Numbered from the stretch's first letter, positions 1 to 10,723 are shown. The stretch: 64,000 bases of DNA from Candidatus Latescibacterota bacterium (GCA_965197905.1 CBDAOB010000003.1:288001-352000), one strand, 5' to 3'. The notes: generated by a model from the sequence alone, not told the origin. Program-made: numbers and translations.

Positions 1-2
1 TG

Positions 3-545
3 TTTGACGGCGCCTTCTTCTACCACTACGCCAACGGCCAGATACGAACGGGCGTGGCTATTTTCCAGTTTCAACTGGCTGACATCAATCCCGGAGACGG
101 GGGGATAGCCGTAATTCCGGGAAGTCACAAAGCAAATTTCGAATGCCCGGAAGATATAATGCTCTACAGCGCCAACCGGGAAGTGGTGCGCAATGTGGCT
201 GGCAAGGCAGGGGATATGGTGATTTTTCTCGAGGCTACCATCCACGGGGCTCTGCCCTGGACGGCAGAGCACAATCGGCGTTCCCTCTTCTACACCTACG
301 GCCCCAAGTACCTCAGTTTTCAATCATACTATGTCGAGACCAGCCAGCCCGAGTGGGTGAGCGAACTGACAGATGTGCAACGCGCCGTTCTGGAACCGGC
401 CTATAACTATAACCGCCCTCTGCTGGAGGACGACGGAGCGACTCTGGTGCATCCCGGGCAAGAGCCGACACCTCACCGTCCCCGGAATAAGGACGAGATG
501 GCGAAAGCTGAACCAATGGACAAAGCTGAAAGGATTGAGAGTTAA
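3..545 (+). CDS. Phytanoyl-CoA dioxygenase (PhyH) family protein, C-terminal part (runs off the left edge)
   Basis: Motifs GGIAVIPGSHK and KAGDMVIFLEATIHG...RRSLFY. Confidence 0.8.
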   Translation, partial: FDGAFFYHYANGQIRTGVAIFQFQLADINPGDGGIAVIPGSHKANFECPEDIMLYSANREVVRNVAGKAGDMVIFLEATIHGALPWTAEHNRRSLFYTYGPKYLSFQSYYVETSQPEWVSELTDVQRAVLEPAYNYNRPLLEDDGATLVHPGQEPTPHRPRNKDEMAKAEPMDKAERIES

Positions 546-564
546 ATGAAGTCGCGCCCCAATA

Positions 565-1386
565 TCAGCCTGAGCCTTCAGTCGAGTGTAAATATTGCAG
601 CTGGTCTTCAATCCAATCTCGACCGAGGCCATGGCGAATCCCACGAAAATGACCAATTATCCAATCTCGAGCCGGATGATTAACCTGGTGCAACTGGTCG
701 ACAACCGCTTCTTGATCGTAGTCCACTTGCCTGAATTCGATCGTATGCTTGGCGGGGTCTGACTGGATTACGACGTAGCTGGCTCGGAGATCGGGTGTCA
801 TTGGATTGCTGATGGCACCAACATTTATTGCTCGCATACCGGTGACCGAGACGTCAAGAGTCCGATGGTGGTGCCCGCCGAGGACAACGTCGGCTTTGCA
901 CCCCGCCAGGACAAAGGCAATTTCATCTTCGCTCATCCCAACTTTGATACCAAGCCCGTCGTCACGGCCAGGAGCAGCATGGACGCCCTATACGGTGGTC
1001 TCATCAGGGAGTTGCGTCTCAATCTGGAGGGGCAATTTGGTTAACCAGTCAAGCCAACCAGCGCTCGTCACAGCCCCTTGCGTCCAGGCGAAGGTTCCAG
1101 CGCAATCCACCAAAGCAGTTAACTTTGATGAATCCTGAGCTGCTTCCTCCATCGTAGGCGGCGGTCGATCTCCGGAGAATACATAACGATCGGTGTTTCC
1201 ACGGATTATTCGCACGTTTGGCAACTCGGTCACTCGCTCAAGAACACCAACTGGATCGGGACCGAGAGCCACAAGATCGCCGAGGATCCAATACTCGTCG
1301 AAGTGACCCAAGCCATTGATGTCCTCCAGAACTGCATCTAGGGCTACTGTGTTACCGTGAATATCAGAAAACACTGCTAACTTCAT
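565..1386 (-). pseudogene. Metallophosphoesterase (YfcE-like), split near 988
   Basis: SDIHGN, LGDLV and RGNTD in 988-1386; GHHH and NVGAIS in 565-936. Confidence 0.85.
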
Positions 1387-1411
1387 AGTTCACTCACTTC
1401 GCGATTTCATT

Positions 1412-1481
1412 TAACGTTCTCGCCGTGCCCGAACCGCGAAGCGGTTGCTCGAAGTGCGAAGAAGCCGGTCACTGTGTGTTA
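1412..1481 (-). repeat. attC-like site (family A)
   Basis: On the minus strand GGTTAAC...GTTAAAT flanks a palindrome with an aaccgc-gaa-gcggtt hairpin; lies between two minus-strand genes. Confidence 0.8.
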
Positions 1482-1492
1482 ACCGCCCAATT

Positions 1493-2380
1493 CTATTTTG
1501 ATTCACCAAGATGCATCAACGGCAGAGGCATGGGGCTGTCACCGTCAATGAAGTACACCTTGGCCGCAGGGTCTTTGGAGATGGCTTTAAGGGCTTCCAG
1601 CGCCTGGAGTTTGACGTAGTTGGGATTCTTGCCAATGGCGGCGTTAATTTTTTCAATTTCATAGGCTTGCACATCTGCAAGTACGCGGCGCTGAGCGGCC
1701 TGTTCTTCGGCGGCAGCGCGTTCCGCCTGAGCCGCCGCTACCTTCTGTTGCTGTTCTGTACGAAATCGCTCCAGCTCTGCTTTCTGCTTCTCAACCTCCT
1801 GCTCGCGCTCCTTCTTCGCCTCAATCGCTTTTGTAATAAATGGGGGCAGGGCAATATCGCGAAGAAGCACAGCGCCTACCTCGATGCCCTTCGGACCCAG
1901 GTAATCGCGCAAACCCTCCAACAGAGCCGTCTGCAAGGTGACCTGAGATTCCTCAAGAAAGAAGTCCTCGGCTCGTTTGACTGCCTTGCCTTGCTCACGT
2001 ATTAGTGATCGCAGCTTTGGCACGATGTGCACCTTGAGGACATCCTGTGCAGTGCCGGTCTCCTTCAGGGTGCGCGGGGCATCTTTGCGGGTGAGACGGT
2101 ACTGCACGCTGACATCAATCTTGGTCTGTAGCTGGTCCTGGCTGGGGACGCTAGCCTGCTCCAAATGGGTCTTTTGACGCACATCGTAGAGATGCCAGGC
2201 GTAGAGCGGATTTACGGGAATATGTAGCCCTGCCTCATAAGGCTCCGGTTTCACACTGCCGAACAGTGTGGCGACCGCTACATGCCCAGCTGGTACGCTC
2301 TTGTAAAAGTTACTGCCAATCGCCCAGACAATGATCACTATCACGACTGTAATAATGAGAGGCCTTGGAATCTGATTCAT
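1493..2380 (-). CDS. SPFH/band 7/prohibitin family membrane protein
   Basis: N-terminal TM helix, VPAGHVAV...GLH, IEAKKEREQE coiled coil. Confidence 0.9.
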   Translation of the reverse strand: MNQIPRPLIITVVIVIIVWAIGSNFYKSVPAGHVAVATLFGSVKPEPYEAGLHIPVNPLYAWHLYDVRQKTHLEQASVPSQDQLQTKIDVSVQYRLTRKDAPRTLKETGTAQDVLKVHIVPKLRSLIREQGKAVKRAEDFFLEESQVTLQTALLEGLRDYLGPKGIEVGAVLLRDIALPPFITKAIEAKKEREQEVEKQKAELERFRTEQQQKVAAAQAERAAAEEQAAQRRVLADVQAYEIEKINAAIGKNPNYVKLQALEALKAISKDPAAKVYFIDGDSPMPLPLMHLGESK

Positions 2381-2585
2381 TATCGCTTCCTCCTGTATGA
2401 TCTAGCATGAATACCGACTCGAATCTTACCTCTAATACATTACTGCTATATCAGATCTATGCCACCGATTGTGACTTCGCCGGTTTGCGAAGCATATCAA
2501 TACTGAGCGTACACGACTGGTGCGTCAACGAGCGGTGTATCCACCTCAGAGTTTTACGGCCCATGCTCTTGCGCTGCAATCCGAA

Positions 2586-3545
2586 TCATTCCGCCGGCCA
2601 CGCGTCGAGCCCAAGAAGCCGTCGGCCGAGCGGGCTGAGCGGGCACGACGGCACATCGTCCTGGCCGGCGACCCGCTCCGGCACCGGACGCCCATAGTCG
2701 GTCTGCAGCCCCTCCCGCCACTGTGTTATCCGACTGCGGCGCTCGGCCTCGAGCCCGCCGCACTTCTCACCCAGCGCACTGCCGTCATTGCTTGGAGGTG
2801 AGCTCGGCCAGAATATCCGGAGGCCGGTTTCGTGGCCCTGCTCTGTCGCCGGCCACATCGTCATGAATTGAGCAAGTCGCGGTTTCGACGAAGTGTTGTA
2901 ACAATGGCCGTGCGGGTTGAATGAATCCCAAATTAAAAAATCACCGGCCTTGCCCGCAATGGGCGTTGGGCTCTCCAGTCCCTGCTCCATCGGCACACCG
3001 TTGCTAAACCCAAACTCGAAATCGCCGTTCCTTGAGGCGTGCCAGGTCTCGTAGCGGTCCTGGAACCCGGGGACACACTGAAAGGTGCCTTGATCTGCGG
3101 CCGTGTCCTCCAAATAGACTACCGCCTGGAACAGCCTGAAGCGCTTCGGGGTAGTGGCCGCCGGAAAGTCCCAGTGCAGCAAACCGCGCGGGTCGTCGGT
3201 CACGCCCCACCCCGGCCTGTCAGCCCGGAGCGGCGGCTTGAGGATGCAGCGGTCGAGGTTGACCCACAGGTTGTCCGTCCCCCACAGATCGGCGAAGGCG
3301 CGGTGGATTTTGGGGCTCTGGCGCACGCGCCACATCGCCGGCGTGTGCATCTGTCGCATAAATCCGTACTTCTGCAGATTGTCGCCGTTCGGATCCTCAT
3401 ACCAGGAGTCCGGGTTGTTGCGGTCCATCCGCATGTGGCTCCAGATGCCGTCTACCACGGCGGCCAAGTCCTCGTAGGGGACGGAGTCGGGGATGACCAC
3501 GTATCCTTCCTCCTCCATGTGCTGATGGTCCGCCGCGGTCAGCAT
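2586..3545 (-). CDS. PhyH-family dioxygenase
   Basis: EEGYVVIPD, LHWD, GTFQCVPG, KAGDFLIWD..PHG. Confidence 0.85.
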   Translation of the reverse strand: MLTAADHQHMEEEGYVVIPDSVPYEDLAAVVDGIWSHMRMDRNNPDSWYEDPNGDNLQKYGFMRQMHTPAMWRVRQSPKIHRAFADLWGTDNLWVNLDRCILKPPLRADRPGWGVTDDPRGLLHWDFPAATTPKRFRLFQAVVYLEDTAADQGTFQCVPGFQDRYETWHASRNGDFEFGFSNGVPMEQGLESPTPIAGKAGDFLIWDSFNPHGHCYNTSSKPRLAQFMTMWPATEQGHETGLRIFWPSSPPSNDGSALGEKCGGLEAERRSRITQWREGLQTDYGRPVPERVAGQDDVPSCPLSPLGRRLLGLDAWPAE

Positions 3546-3579
3546 GCGTGCGCTCCTGTGGTTACGTGAGACATTCTGA

Positions 3580-4170
3580 CTAATCTCTCAAAGCACAGCA
3601 TCTGATCCATGTTCCACTGGACCAAAGATCCAGAGTCCGGAAGCCATTGCTCGTCAGACCACACTCCAGATCTTTAGCTTTCCAATAAGTAAACCATCGC
3701 GGCAGTGATTTGTCATAAGGACCATATTCCCATCCCTCTCCAGAGCCTTCCTTCACACTCATAAAAATGACTCCCTTTGGCCTTAGGACACAACAAAATT
3801 CCCGTAGTGTTTGAGCTACAACGTCTCGTTCGACATGAAGAAAGGAGGCATTTACCCACAAGCCATCAGCAATGGGCTTAAAGGGAAGGTGTTCCATATC
3901 CGTCTGCACGAATAATCCAGGGAAGTGGCGTTTTCCAACTTTGATCATCTGGCTTGATAATTCAACACCAACAACGCGAAATCCTCGATCTCGTAGCTGT
4001 TGGGCGTCGAAACCTGGACCACATCCAATGTCTAAAACTAGACTACCCTGCGTCAGATGTTGCGTGAAACGGTCCAGATTCTCCTTAATCCGGCCTCTGT
4101 CCCTGTTTCGTTCGAGAAAGCGCTCAGCAATCTGGTTATAAGTTTGAGTCGTGCGAGTTTTAGCTGGCAT
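3580..4170 (-). CDS. Class I SAM-dependent methyltransferase
   Basis: VLDIGCGPG motif I; DGLWVNASFLH. Confidence 0.9.
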   Translation of the reverse strand: MPAKTRTTQTYNQIAERFLERNRDRGRIKENLDRFTQHLTQGSLVLDIGCGPGFDAQQLRDRGFRVVGVELSSQMIKVGKRHFPGLFVQTDMEHLPFKPIADGLWVNASFLHVERDVVAQTLREFCCVLRPKGVIFMSVKEGSGEGWEYGPYDKSLPRWFTYWKAKDLECGLTSNGFRTLDLWSSGTWIRCCALRD

Positions 4171-4239
4171 GCGCTTTCTGACAGTGAATTGCTGTCATAT
4201 ATGACGTGGGATTCCTCTCTCCGGTGCCCACTCGATCAA

Positions 4240-4415
4240 TCACTGAATCGACAGTTGATTCTTGTGGAACTCGATGGCCTCCTGCACGTGGATATCCCAA
4301 TACTCAAACTCGATGACCTCCTGGGTACTCTTCGTACTCATGTGGCATTCCGAGAGGCTTGAGATGGGCAGCGAACTCCCGATTCTCCTCGAGGAGGTAG
4401 TCCTCCGTACCAGCG
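4240..4415 (-). pseudogene. C-terminal remnant of an esterase (alpha/beta hydrolase)
   Basis: Manual translation GTEDYLLEENREF...HEYEEYPGGH.(fs).EYWDIHVQEAIEF*. Confidence 0.55.
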
Positions 4416-4479
4416 GAGCCGTCGGTTTGATGTTATGGGATGTGCCCCTCCGAATTCAAGATAATGTGATCAGCGCTTC

Positions 4480-5085
4480 TCATCGAAGCAGAGTAAACAG
4501 GTCGTCCTGATGGTGACGCGCAGCCCAATGAAGGGGCTTCTGGCCAGCACGATCGAGTACGTTCTTATCTGCGCCGTGTGCCAAAAGCAGGTCTACAAAC
4601 TCTTTGTGGCCATAAGCCGCCGCTAGGTGAAGCGGTGATTCGCCGACTACAGGTGGGGAAGTGTTGAACATGTCGGTTGTGCCCTGCGTGGTTTGACAGT
4701 TCACTTCAGCCCCTTTATCGATGAGAAGTTGACCAATAGATAACAAGCCCTTATACGCCGCGGCCATTAACGGGGTCTCGCCGCTGCCCGAGGTGGCATT
4801 GGGATCCATACCCTGATCGAGAACGAACTGAACGATCTCTTCCTGGTCCTCCCATACGGCCAGATGCAATGCGGTGCCATCCTGGCCCACTGTGTTCAGG
4901 TCTGCACCATGCTCCAAAAGCAACTTGATGATATCTATGTGGCCAAAGGTCGCCATCATCAGTGGGGTACCGCCCTCGGAGTTTTTTGCGTTAATAAGCT
5001 CAGGATCTTTCCTCAGTAGGTTCCGTACCGTCTCAATATCGCCCTTAAACGATGCGTTAAGGATATCTTGTTGATCCTGTTCCAT
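4480..5085 (-). CDS. Ankyrin repeat protein
   Basis: Repeated GxTPLxxA / GADxN motifs. Confidence 0.92.
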   Translation of the reverse strand: MEQDQQDILNASFKGDIETVRNLLRKDPELINAKNSEGGTPLMMATFGHIDIIKLLLEHGADLNTVGQDGTALHLAVWEDQEEIVQFVLDQGMDPNATSGSGETPLMAAAYKGLLSIGQLLIDKGAEVNCQTTQGTTDMFNTSPPVVGESPLHLAAAYGHKEFVDLLLAHGADKNVLDRAGQKPLHWAARHHQDDLFTLLR

Positions 5086-5122
5086 GCGATTCGCTCCTGT
5101 GATTCATAGGTGGCATTTCCCA

Positions 5123-5320
5123 TAACGTTCTCGCCGTGACCGAACCGCGAATGCGGTTGCGCGAAGGGCGCGAGCCCGAGCCGGGCCACGGAGGTGTTAC
5201 AGGACGTGGGGCACTCAAGCGACCGAACAGTTCCCGTACGAGTTTCGCCGGTTTAGCGAACCCGGGCAGCTGGTTGCCAAAGGCCAACGCGCGAGCGCCG
5301 CAGCGCAAAACCTGCTGTTA
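5123..5320 (-). repeat. Two adjacent attC-like sites (5123-5199 family A; about 5240-5320 family B)
   Basis: taacgttctcgccgtgaccgaaccgcgaatgcggtt...gtgtta followed by gccggtttagcgaacc...ctgctgtta. Confidence 0.75.
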
Positions 5321-5339
5321 AGCGAAGGTGCGATCTACA

Positions 5340-5954
5340 CTATCTGAGCACTTCGAGAATCTGCTCAGGACGTTGCCGTTTTTCAGCGTAATCAAAAGGC
5401 GTCTCTCCCTTTGAGGACACCAGTTCCTTGTCGGCACCAGCCGCTAGCAGAAGCTCGATGACCTCTTTGTCTGCGAACGCTGCCGCGAGGTGAAGGGGTG
5501 CCTCGCCATAGGTTCGTGGAGGATCGTCACTGGAAGTCGGAGCGTCATCGTGGCTCCTGTTCACATCAGCGCCCGCCTCAATAAAGAACTCGACCACCTC
5601 AGGCTTGTTCAGCTTGGCACCAATATGGAGACCGGTTAGGCCGTTGACTGCTGAAGGCAGGTTGATATCCGCGCCTGAATCCAGATAGAGCTGCAGGTAC
5701 TCCAATTGGCCACGGCCGGCTGAGAACATCAACAACGTTCCTTCGTCGAATGTATTGTGATTGACATCTGTCCCATTGAGGAAGAGATAGCGCATGATTG
5801 CGCCATGCTCAGAGGTTTCAACCATAGGGGGGATTACAGCCGCAGTGATACAAGAAGCATCCACACCACCCTCTATCAGTTGACTCACACGCTTGTAGTC
5901 GCCTTCTCTGACGGCCAGTTTCAGTAAATCGTTTTGGCCCGTCTGTTCAGACAT
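5340..5954 (-). CDS. Ankyrin repeat protein (start re-assigned to MSEQTG)
   Basis: Ankyrin motifs; GGAGG precedes the ATG at 5954. Confidence 0.88.
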   Translation of the reverse strand: MSEQTGQNDLLKLAVREGDYKRVSQLIEGGVDASCITAAVIPPMVETSEHGAIMRYLFLNGTDVNHNTFDEGTLLMFSAGRGQLEYLQLYLDSGADINLPSAVNGLTGLHIGAKLNKPEVVEFFIEAGADVNRSHDDAPTSSDDPPRTYGEAPLHLAAAFADKEVIELLLAAGADKELVSSKGETPFDYAEKRQRPEQILEVLR

Positions 5955-6058
5955 GTACCCTCCTTGCTGATATATGATGTGGGCTTTACTCCGACAAATA
6001 GAAATTGACCTACCTTCAGCCGCGCCGGCTTCCGGAGCTTCAGGGCTTCGTTCTGCCG

Positions 6059-7051
6059 TTAATAGTCTACACCACGCACGCCGTCGACCACTCTGCCCAG
6101 CGCATCCAGTCGGGAATGGACGTCCGGTGAAAGACGGCCCAAAGCTGCGCAGCCGACGTTTTCCTCCAGTTGTTCCACTGTCGCTGCACCAGGGATCACG
6201 GTGGCTACATCCTTGTCTGCCAGCAGAAATCGCATTGCAAGCGCGGCCAGACTGATCCCGATCTCTTGATGGATCGCATAGAGCTCTGCAAAGCGAGCCC
6301 GAAGGTCGTCGTCCATCCAATCGGGAGGATGTTCTATCCACTCTTCACGAGGAAAGGCCAGTTCCCCCTGCTGCAGAGGCGCCCCGAGTACCACACCTTG
6401 GCCCAATTCCTTGGCCAGTGGCAGAAGGTACTGTCTCGCGTTGCGCCAGATCAGGCTGTACTGAAATCCGACCAGCACGACTTCCACGGGGAGAGTGATC
6501 TCCTGCAGTATCTTTGCCAGGAGGTGAGCATTGTTGCCGGAAATGCCGAGATGCTTCGCCATTCCCTTCTCCTTGGCCCACAACAGGAACTGCGTCACCG
6601 GCGCGTTACCGTAGTCGTAAACGCCGTCTGCGCAGATGTGCCGTGTCTTGCGCGGCGTGACCTCGTCCTGCCAATATACCCTCCAATCGGCCTCGTGGAT
6701 GTAGAGGATGTCCACGCAATCGCGCCGCAGAGCCCGCAGCGTCTGCTCGAACTGCACCTTGAAGGCGTTCAACTCGCGGTACGGACCGGTCCGCCAGTCC
6801 CATCGTCCGCACTTCGTCCCCAATATATATGGTTCCTTTCGCCCCTGGAGAGCTTCCCCTAGGACCTCCTGAGAATTTCCGTAGAGGGGAGCGGTGTCGA
6901 AATAGTTCACTCCCAGTCCCAAAGCGCGATGGACAACACGAGTAGCTTCATCGCGCGCCGTCGCTCCCTCACTGATGAAGGCCCCGCCCAAGCCAACCTC
7001 GGTAACCTCCAGACCTGTCTTTCCCAACGGCCGTTTGCTGATTCCGGTCAT
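6059..7051 (-). CDS. Aldo/keto reductase
   Basis: RPLGKTGLEV, GVNYFDTAPLYG, TVIPGA..VEQLEEN. Confidence 0.92.
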   Translation of the reverse strand: MTGISKRPLGKTGLEVTEVGLGGAFISEGATARDEATRVVHRALGLGVNYFDTAPLYGNSQEVLGEALQGRKEPYILGTKCGRWDWRTGPYRELNAFKVQFEQTLRALRRDCVDILYIHEADWRVYWQDEVTPRKTRHICADGVYDYGNAPVTQFLLWAKEKGMAKHLGISGNNAHLLAKILQEITLPVEVVLVGFQYSLIWRNARQYLLPLAKELGQGVVLGAPLQQGELAFPREEWIEHPPDWMDDDLRARFAELYAIHQEIGISLAALAMRFLLADKDVATVIPGAATVEQLEENVGCAALGRLSPDVHSRLDALGRVVDGVRGVDY

Positions 7052-7107
7052 ACGCCAAGTCTCCTTCGAATGAAATTCCGGCTTGCCCTTGCACACGCCA
7101 AAGGCGT

Positions 7108-7163
7108 CTTACTGCCCGAAGGGCCAAGGCGCCATCGGCGCCGTAGCGTAAACTGCGCTGTTA
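7108..7163 (-). repeat. attC-like site (family B, partial); unoccupied copy of the target of the intron at 12408-13156
   Basis: 7147-7163 (cgtaaactgcgctgtta) is identical to 13157-13173. Confidence 0.75.
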
Positions 7164-7215
7164 ACTGACGTTTCCACAACCGAGCTTGAAACTCTCATGA
7201 GCCGCCAACACTTCG

Positions 7216-7566
7216 CTAGCTGTCCGAGGTGCGCGGCTCACCTCCAAAACGGAGTACATTGCCATCCAAATCGGCGACATGCATCTCGCAAGCCCATGGA
7301 TTATCGATCAAATCGCCTTTGACGTGCGCACCCGACGAACCGAACTCGGCATGAAGTGCTTCAATGTCCTCAACGCCCACCCAGATTCTCCCGCTTGCTT
7401 CTCCGGATAAACTGGCATTCAGGAATATCTTCCAGCCAGCTCGACTCACAGAGGCAAACGAATCCTCGTATGTCCAATCCACATCGAAGCCCAAGGCCTT
7501 CTGATAGTACTCCAGGCTACTGTGAAAGTCGGAACAACTCAGAATGGGAATTATGTTTTCTACCAT
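7216..7566 (-). CDS. VOC/glyoxalase/bleomycin-resistance family protein
   Basis: IPILS...YYQKALGF...DNPW..EMHVADLDGNVLRFG. Confidence 0.9.
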   Translation of the reverse strand: MVENIIPILSCSDFHSSLEYYQKALGFDVDWTYEDSFASVSRAGWKIFLNASLSGEASGRIWVGVEDIEALHAEFGSSGAHVKGDLIDNPWACEMHVADLDGNVLRFGGEPRTSDS

Positions 7567-7730
7567 CTCCGTTTCTCCCTAATCATTTGCCCTCCCAGGT
7601 TTCGCTCTGAAGTCGATCAAATCCTCTTAGACTATCCTCTGGTTTCAGTATCTCTCTGGTGCCCATATTGTATCGGTCACCGGACCTAAGAAAGTAAAAC
7701 CGCCCCGCTCGTCCGAAAGTCCGCTGGTTG

Positions 7731-8399
7731 TCATAGATCGCCACATAGCTTCTCCCAAAGAACCTCGAACTCATCGCCGTGAACGATAATTGCCGTGCCC
7801 TCATCTATCCCTATGCCAAGTAGCTCAGGATGGGCGTCTACTACCTCTAGCATATCATATTGGCGGTTGCGGGCCAGATGATGTTGGTCAATTGACACAT
7901 TCCGGAGAAACCCAAAACCTTTAACGTGGTCACCAATGATGATCTCATGGCCACTCGTATCGCCTCTTATCATGAATGTGCCCTGCAAAGTAGCACCGGC
8001 AGAAGAGCCGCCGATTACGCCGCCGCGATCAAGTAGAGCGAATAGTGCCTCGTGGGTGCGCGTGTTCAGATATGCATCAGTGACCCGCCAATGTCTCCCA
8101 CCCGTGAACCATACACCTTGAGCGTCTCGAAGCTTGGACAAGAATTCCTCTGAGTCCGCAACCTCCCTGTCCCGAGTATGCAAGACGCCGAGATTGTGCG
8201 CTCCAGCCTGCATGAACGCCTCCATATATGGAGCGTATAGGCCAGAGTAGTCCTTTTCGGCCGCGGTGGGCACAAGGACTATGGGTGCACTGCGCCCTCC
8301 GGCCAAGGCGATGAATTTGTGATAGATCTCACCGAGCTCTTCGCCGCCGGCAAGTACCAGTGAGCCATTTTGCGGACCTATATGTGTTTGACCTGGCAA
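7731..8399 (-). CDS. cphB: Cyanophycinase-like S51 peptidase (C-terminus probably frameshifted)
   Basis: GSLVLAGG, FTGG, GGSSAGA, IDQHH..RNR, GIGIDEGTA. Confidence 0.8.
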   Translation of the reverse strand: MPGQTHIGPQNGSLVLAGGEELGEIYHKFIALAGGRSAPIVLVPTAAEKDYSGLYAPYMEAFMQAGAHNLGVLHTRDREVADSEEFLSKLRDAQGVWFTGGRHWRVTDAYLNTRTHEALFALLDRGGVIGGSSAGATLQGTFMIRGDTSGHEIIIGDHVKGFGFLRNVSIDQHHLARNRQYDMLEVVDAHPELLGIGIDEGTAIIVHGDEFEVLWEKLCGDL

Positions 8400-8481
8400 G
8401 ATGACCTCCTACAGACAAATCTCTAGAATCGCGTGTCGCTAACGTTGTCAGCCGGCGTTTATGTCGATGCGATTTTCCGCT

Positions 8482-8543
8482 AACGGCCTGCCGGTTTGCG
8501 AACCCCCAAGCGAGGTATGTAGGGCTGCGTGAACCGAGATGAT
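8482..8543 (-). repeat. Degenerate attC-like site
   Basis: taacggcctgccggtttgcgaacc...gtgaaccgagatgata. Confidence 0.55.
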
Positions 8544-8599
8544 ATCTGATGTGGTTTTTTAAGTTCCCTTTACAAATGAAGGCCAAATAACGTTCCGGA

Positions 8600-9382
8600 T
8601 TATCCTATCTCATTAATCACGTCTGCTGCCCGTCCCTTCTTGATCCACACCCTTCCTTCGGCTTTGGAGTGGGCTTTGGGCTCCACATCACCAAAGGACA
8701 GCATTATGTCGGTGCATGGATTGCCGCGATTACTGTGGAGGAAGTATGCCCGATCGGCCTGAATTCCAGTGCAGACCTCTTCGTGCCCATTCTCGCTTAT
8801 CATAAACGGCTTATCGAGACGGCGTCTGTTGAAACCCCAGAATTCCCGATAGAACACATGGTCGTAGGATTGGTCGCCAATCAAGTACGCCTGAAATGCG
8901 TTGGACTGACCGGCATTTCTTTCCAAGCTTGCAAGAGATGTTATGCTGCCTGAGGACAGCACATAGGTGTCCTCATCGGACCACCATGGCGCATCGAGGA
9001 ACCGAAGGCAGATTGCTCCCCCAGCTTTGTGGAGGGTTTGCTCACCGAGATTGGTCAGTCTGATGCAGAAATCCACAGCGCATTCGTGTGCTACAATGGT
9101 TGCAGTCCACTCAACAGGACCGTCAGCCGGCATGCGGATACCGACACATTCAAAGGTGCCTTCATCAACCTTCAGGAAATTGCCAGGGCCTATGGTGCTT
9201 TCTCCAGAAACGTGCTGCCTTAGTCGCGCGTCATTCCACTCCCATGTGCCGATTGGGTAAATACTTGAAATGCCCGTGTTGCTGGTGATGGCTTCAGGGA
9301 CCCAAAGTAGAAGACGGCCTACCGCCGGAATGCCCGTATCAATCCGAATCCGTGACGTGTTCTCTATAGGTTCGAGTTCCAT
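8600..9382 (-). CDS. Hypothetical protein
   Basis: 260-aa ORF in cassette orientation. Confidence 0.65.
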   Translation of the reverse strand: MELEPIENTSRIRIDTGIPAVGRLLLWVPEAITSNTGISSIYPIGTWEWNDARLRQHVSGESTIGPGNFLKVDEGTFECVGIRMPADGPVEWTATIVAHECAVDFCIRLTNLGEQTLHKAGGAICLRFLDAPWWSDEDTYVLSSGSITSLASLERNAGQSNAFQAYLIGDQSYDHVFYREFWGFNRRRLDKPFMISENGHEEVCTGIQADRAYFLHSNRGNPCTDIMLSFGDVEPKAHSKAEGRVWIKKGRAADVINEIG

Positions 9383-9453
9383 TTTTCCGTTTCACATATC
9401 TTCCAGAATGCGGCCGCCCAATGTCTGCTTTCGATCAGAATCGGGCGGCATCG

Positions 9454-10482
9454 CTACGGGACGATGATGACTTTACCAATTCCCTGTTTTTCGCCCACAC
9501 GCCGGAGAGCTTCCCCCGCATCACAGAGTGGGTAACAGCGATCGACAACCGGTATGACTTTACCCTCCTCAAACAGCTCTCCGATATCAACTAAGTCTTC
9601 ACGCCGCGACTCGGCCAAAAGGAATGCTATCCTGCGACTGCCGAACGTTGAGATTACGGGTCCGAGTAACGCGGACTGCCAGGTCGCCGTACCAGACCCG
9701 CCACCCATCAGATAGATTCCGGACGCAGTCAAAGACCGACGAGACCGAAATACATTTCTGTACGCCGCCATGTCGAGGATGACGTCGTACCGTTTCCCGT
9801 TTCGATTGAAATCTACCTGCATGTAGTCAATTACGTGATCCGCACCAATTGATCTCAGCATCTCGAGCTTCGTAGGCCCGTCAACCCCGGCAACATCGGC
9901 GCCGTACATTTTGGCTAGCTGCACAGCCAGAGTCCCCGCACCACCACCGGCACCATTGATCAGGACTGTTTGGCCGGGCTGAACCTGTGCCTTGTCACGG
10001 ATTGCTTGTAGGGCGATGTGTGTTGCCTGCGGTAGGGCCGCCGCTTGCTCAAAGGACATACTCGCGGGTTTGTTGACCATCGGAGCCGTCTCCGAGACGC
10101 ACACATATTCAGCAAAGGCACCGAATCCCTCTGCCATCCCAAAGACCTCGTCGTTCACTTGAAACTGAGTGACGCTCTTACCCACGGCTTCAACACGCCC
10201 TGCAATGTCCGTCCCAAGGATCTTGGCTTTGGGTGGGAATATGCCGCCCTTTTCCGCCGTCACGCTTGTAGGCGGGAATTCGTACTGCTGTTCGCGAGAA
10301 AACAAGTGCGCCAATACGCTGATGAAAAGAGGACGTCCGGTTAGTAGCTCCCAGTCTCCCAGGTTGATCGACGCGGCACAGACGCGTATCAAGATCTCGT
10401 TATCCGAGGGCGAGGGAGTAGCGACATCTTCGAGCTTCAAGACTTCTGGAAGCCCGTACACTTGTCGAACAGCAGCTTTCAC
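9454..10482 (-). CDS. MDR-superfamily NAD(P)-dependent alcohol dehydrogenase / quinone oxidoreductase
   Basis: YGLPEVL, LGTDIAG.VEAVG, VLINGAGGGAG, GKVII. Confidence 0.92.
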   Translation of the reverse strand: MKAAVRQVYGLPEVLKLEDVATPSPSDNEILIRVCAASINLGDWELLTGRPLFISVLAHLFSREQQYEFPPTSVTAEKGGIFPPKAKILGTDIAGRVEAVGKSVTQFQVNDEVFGMAEGFGAFAEYVCVSETAPMVNKPASMSFEQAAALPQATHIALQAIRDKAQVQPGQTVLINGAGGGAGTLAVQLAKMYGADVAGVDGPTKLEMLRSIGADHVIDYMQVDFNRNGKRYDVILDMAAYRNVFRSRRSLTASGIYLMGGGSGTATWQSALLGPVISTFGSRRIAFLLAESRREDLVDIGELFEEGKVIPVVDRCYPLCDAGEALRRVGEKQGIGKVIIVP

Positions 10483-10551
10483 AGCAACACCCTTGGGAAC
10501 CGGATCGGAGATATACGCTTAGATTCTAGTTCTTCTTTTCCCATTTCGGAT

Positions 10552-10635
10552 ATCGTTTCTCGTGTTTGCGAACCCGAAGCGCAGCGGAGGGTTGCCGCAA
10601 CGCGGCGCAGGCCGCGCAGTGCAAAAACGATGTTA
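10552..10635 (-). repeat. attC-like site (family B)
   Basis: gtttgcgaaccc...gcaaaaacgatgtta palindrome between genes. Confidence 0.7.
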
Positions 10636-10723
10636 TCAGAAGTGAGTCTCTCCTTGCCAATCTGCAAGAGATCTCCCTGAGGCACCCCAATGGACACTTC
10701 AGAGCGGAGACCGTCGACCCCTT

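Noticed and set aside
5955..6341. N-terminal extension of the 333-aa ankyrin ORF
   Set aside because: It overlaps the aldo/keto reductase; the RBS supports a start at 5954.
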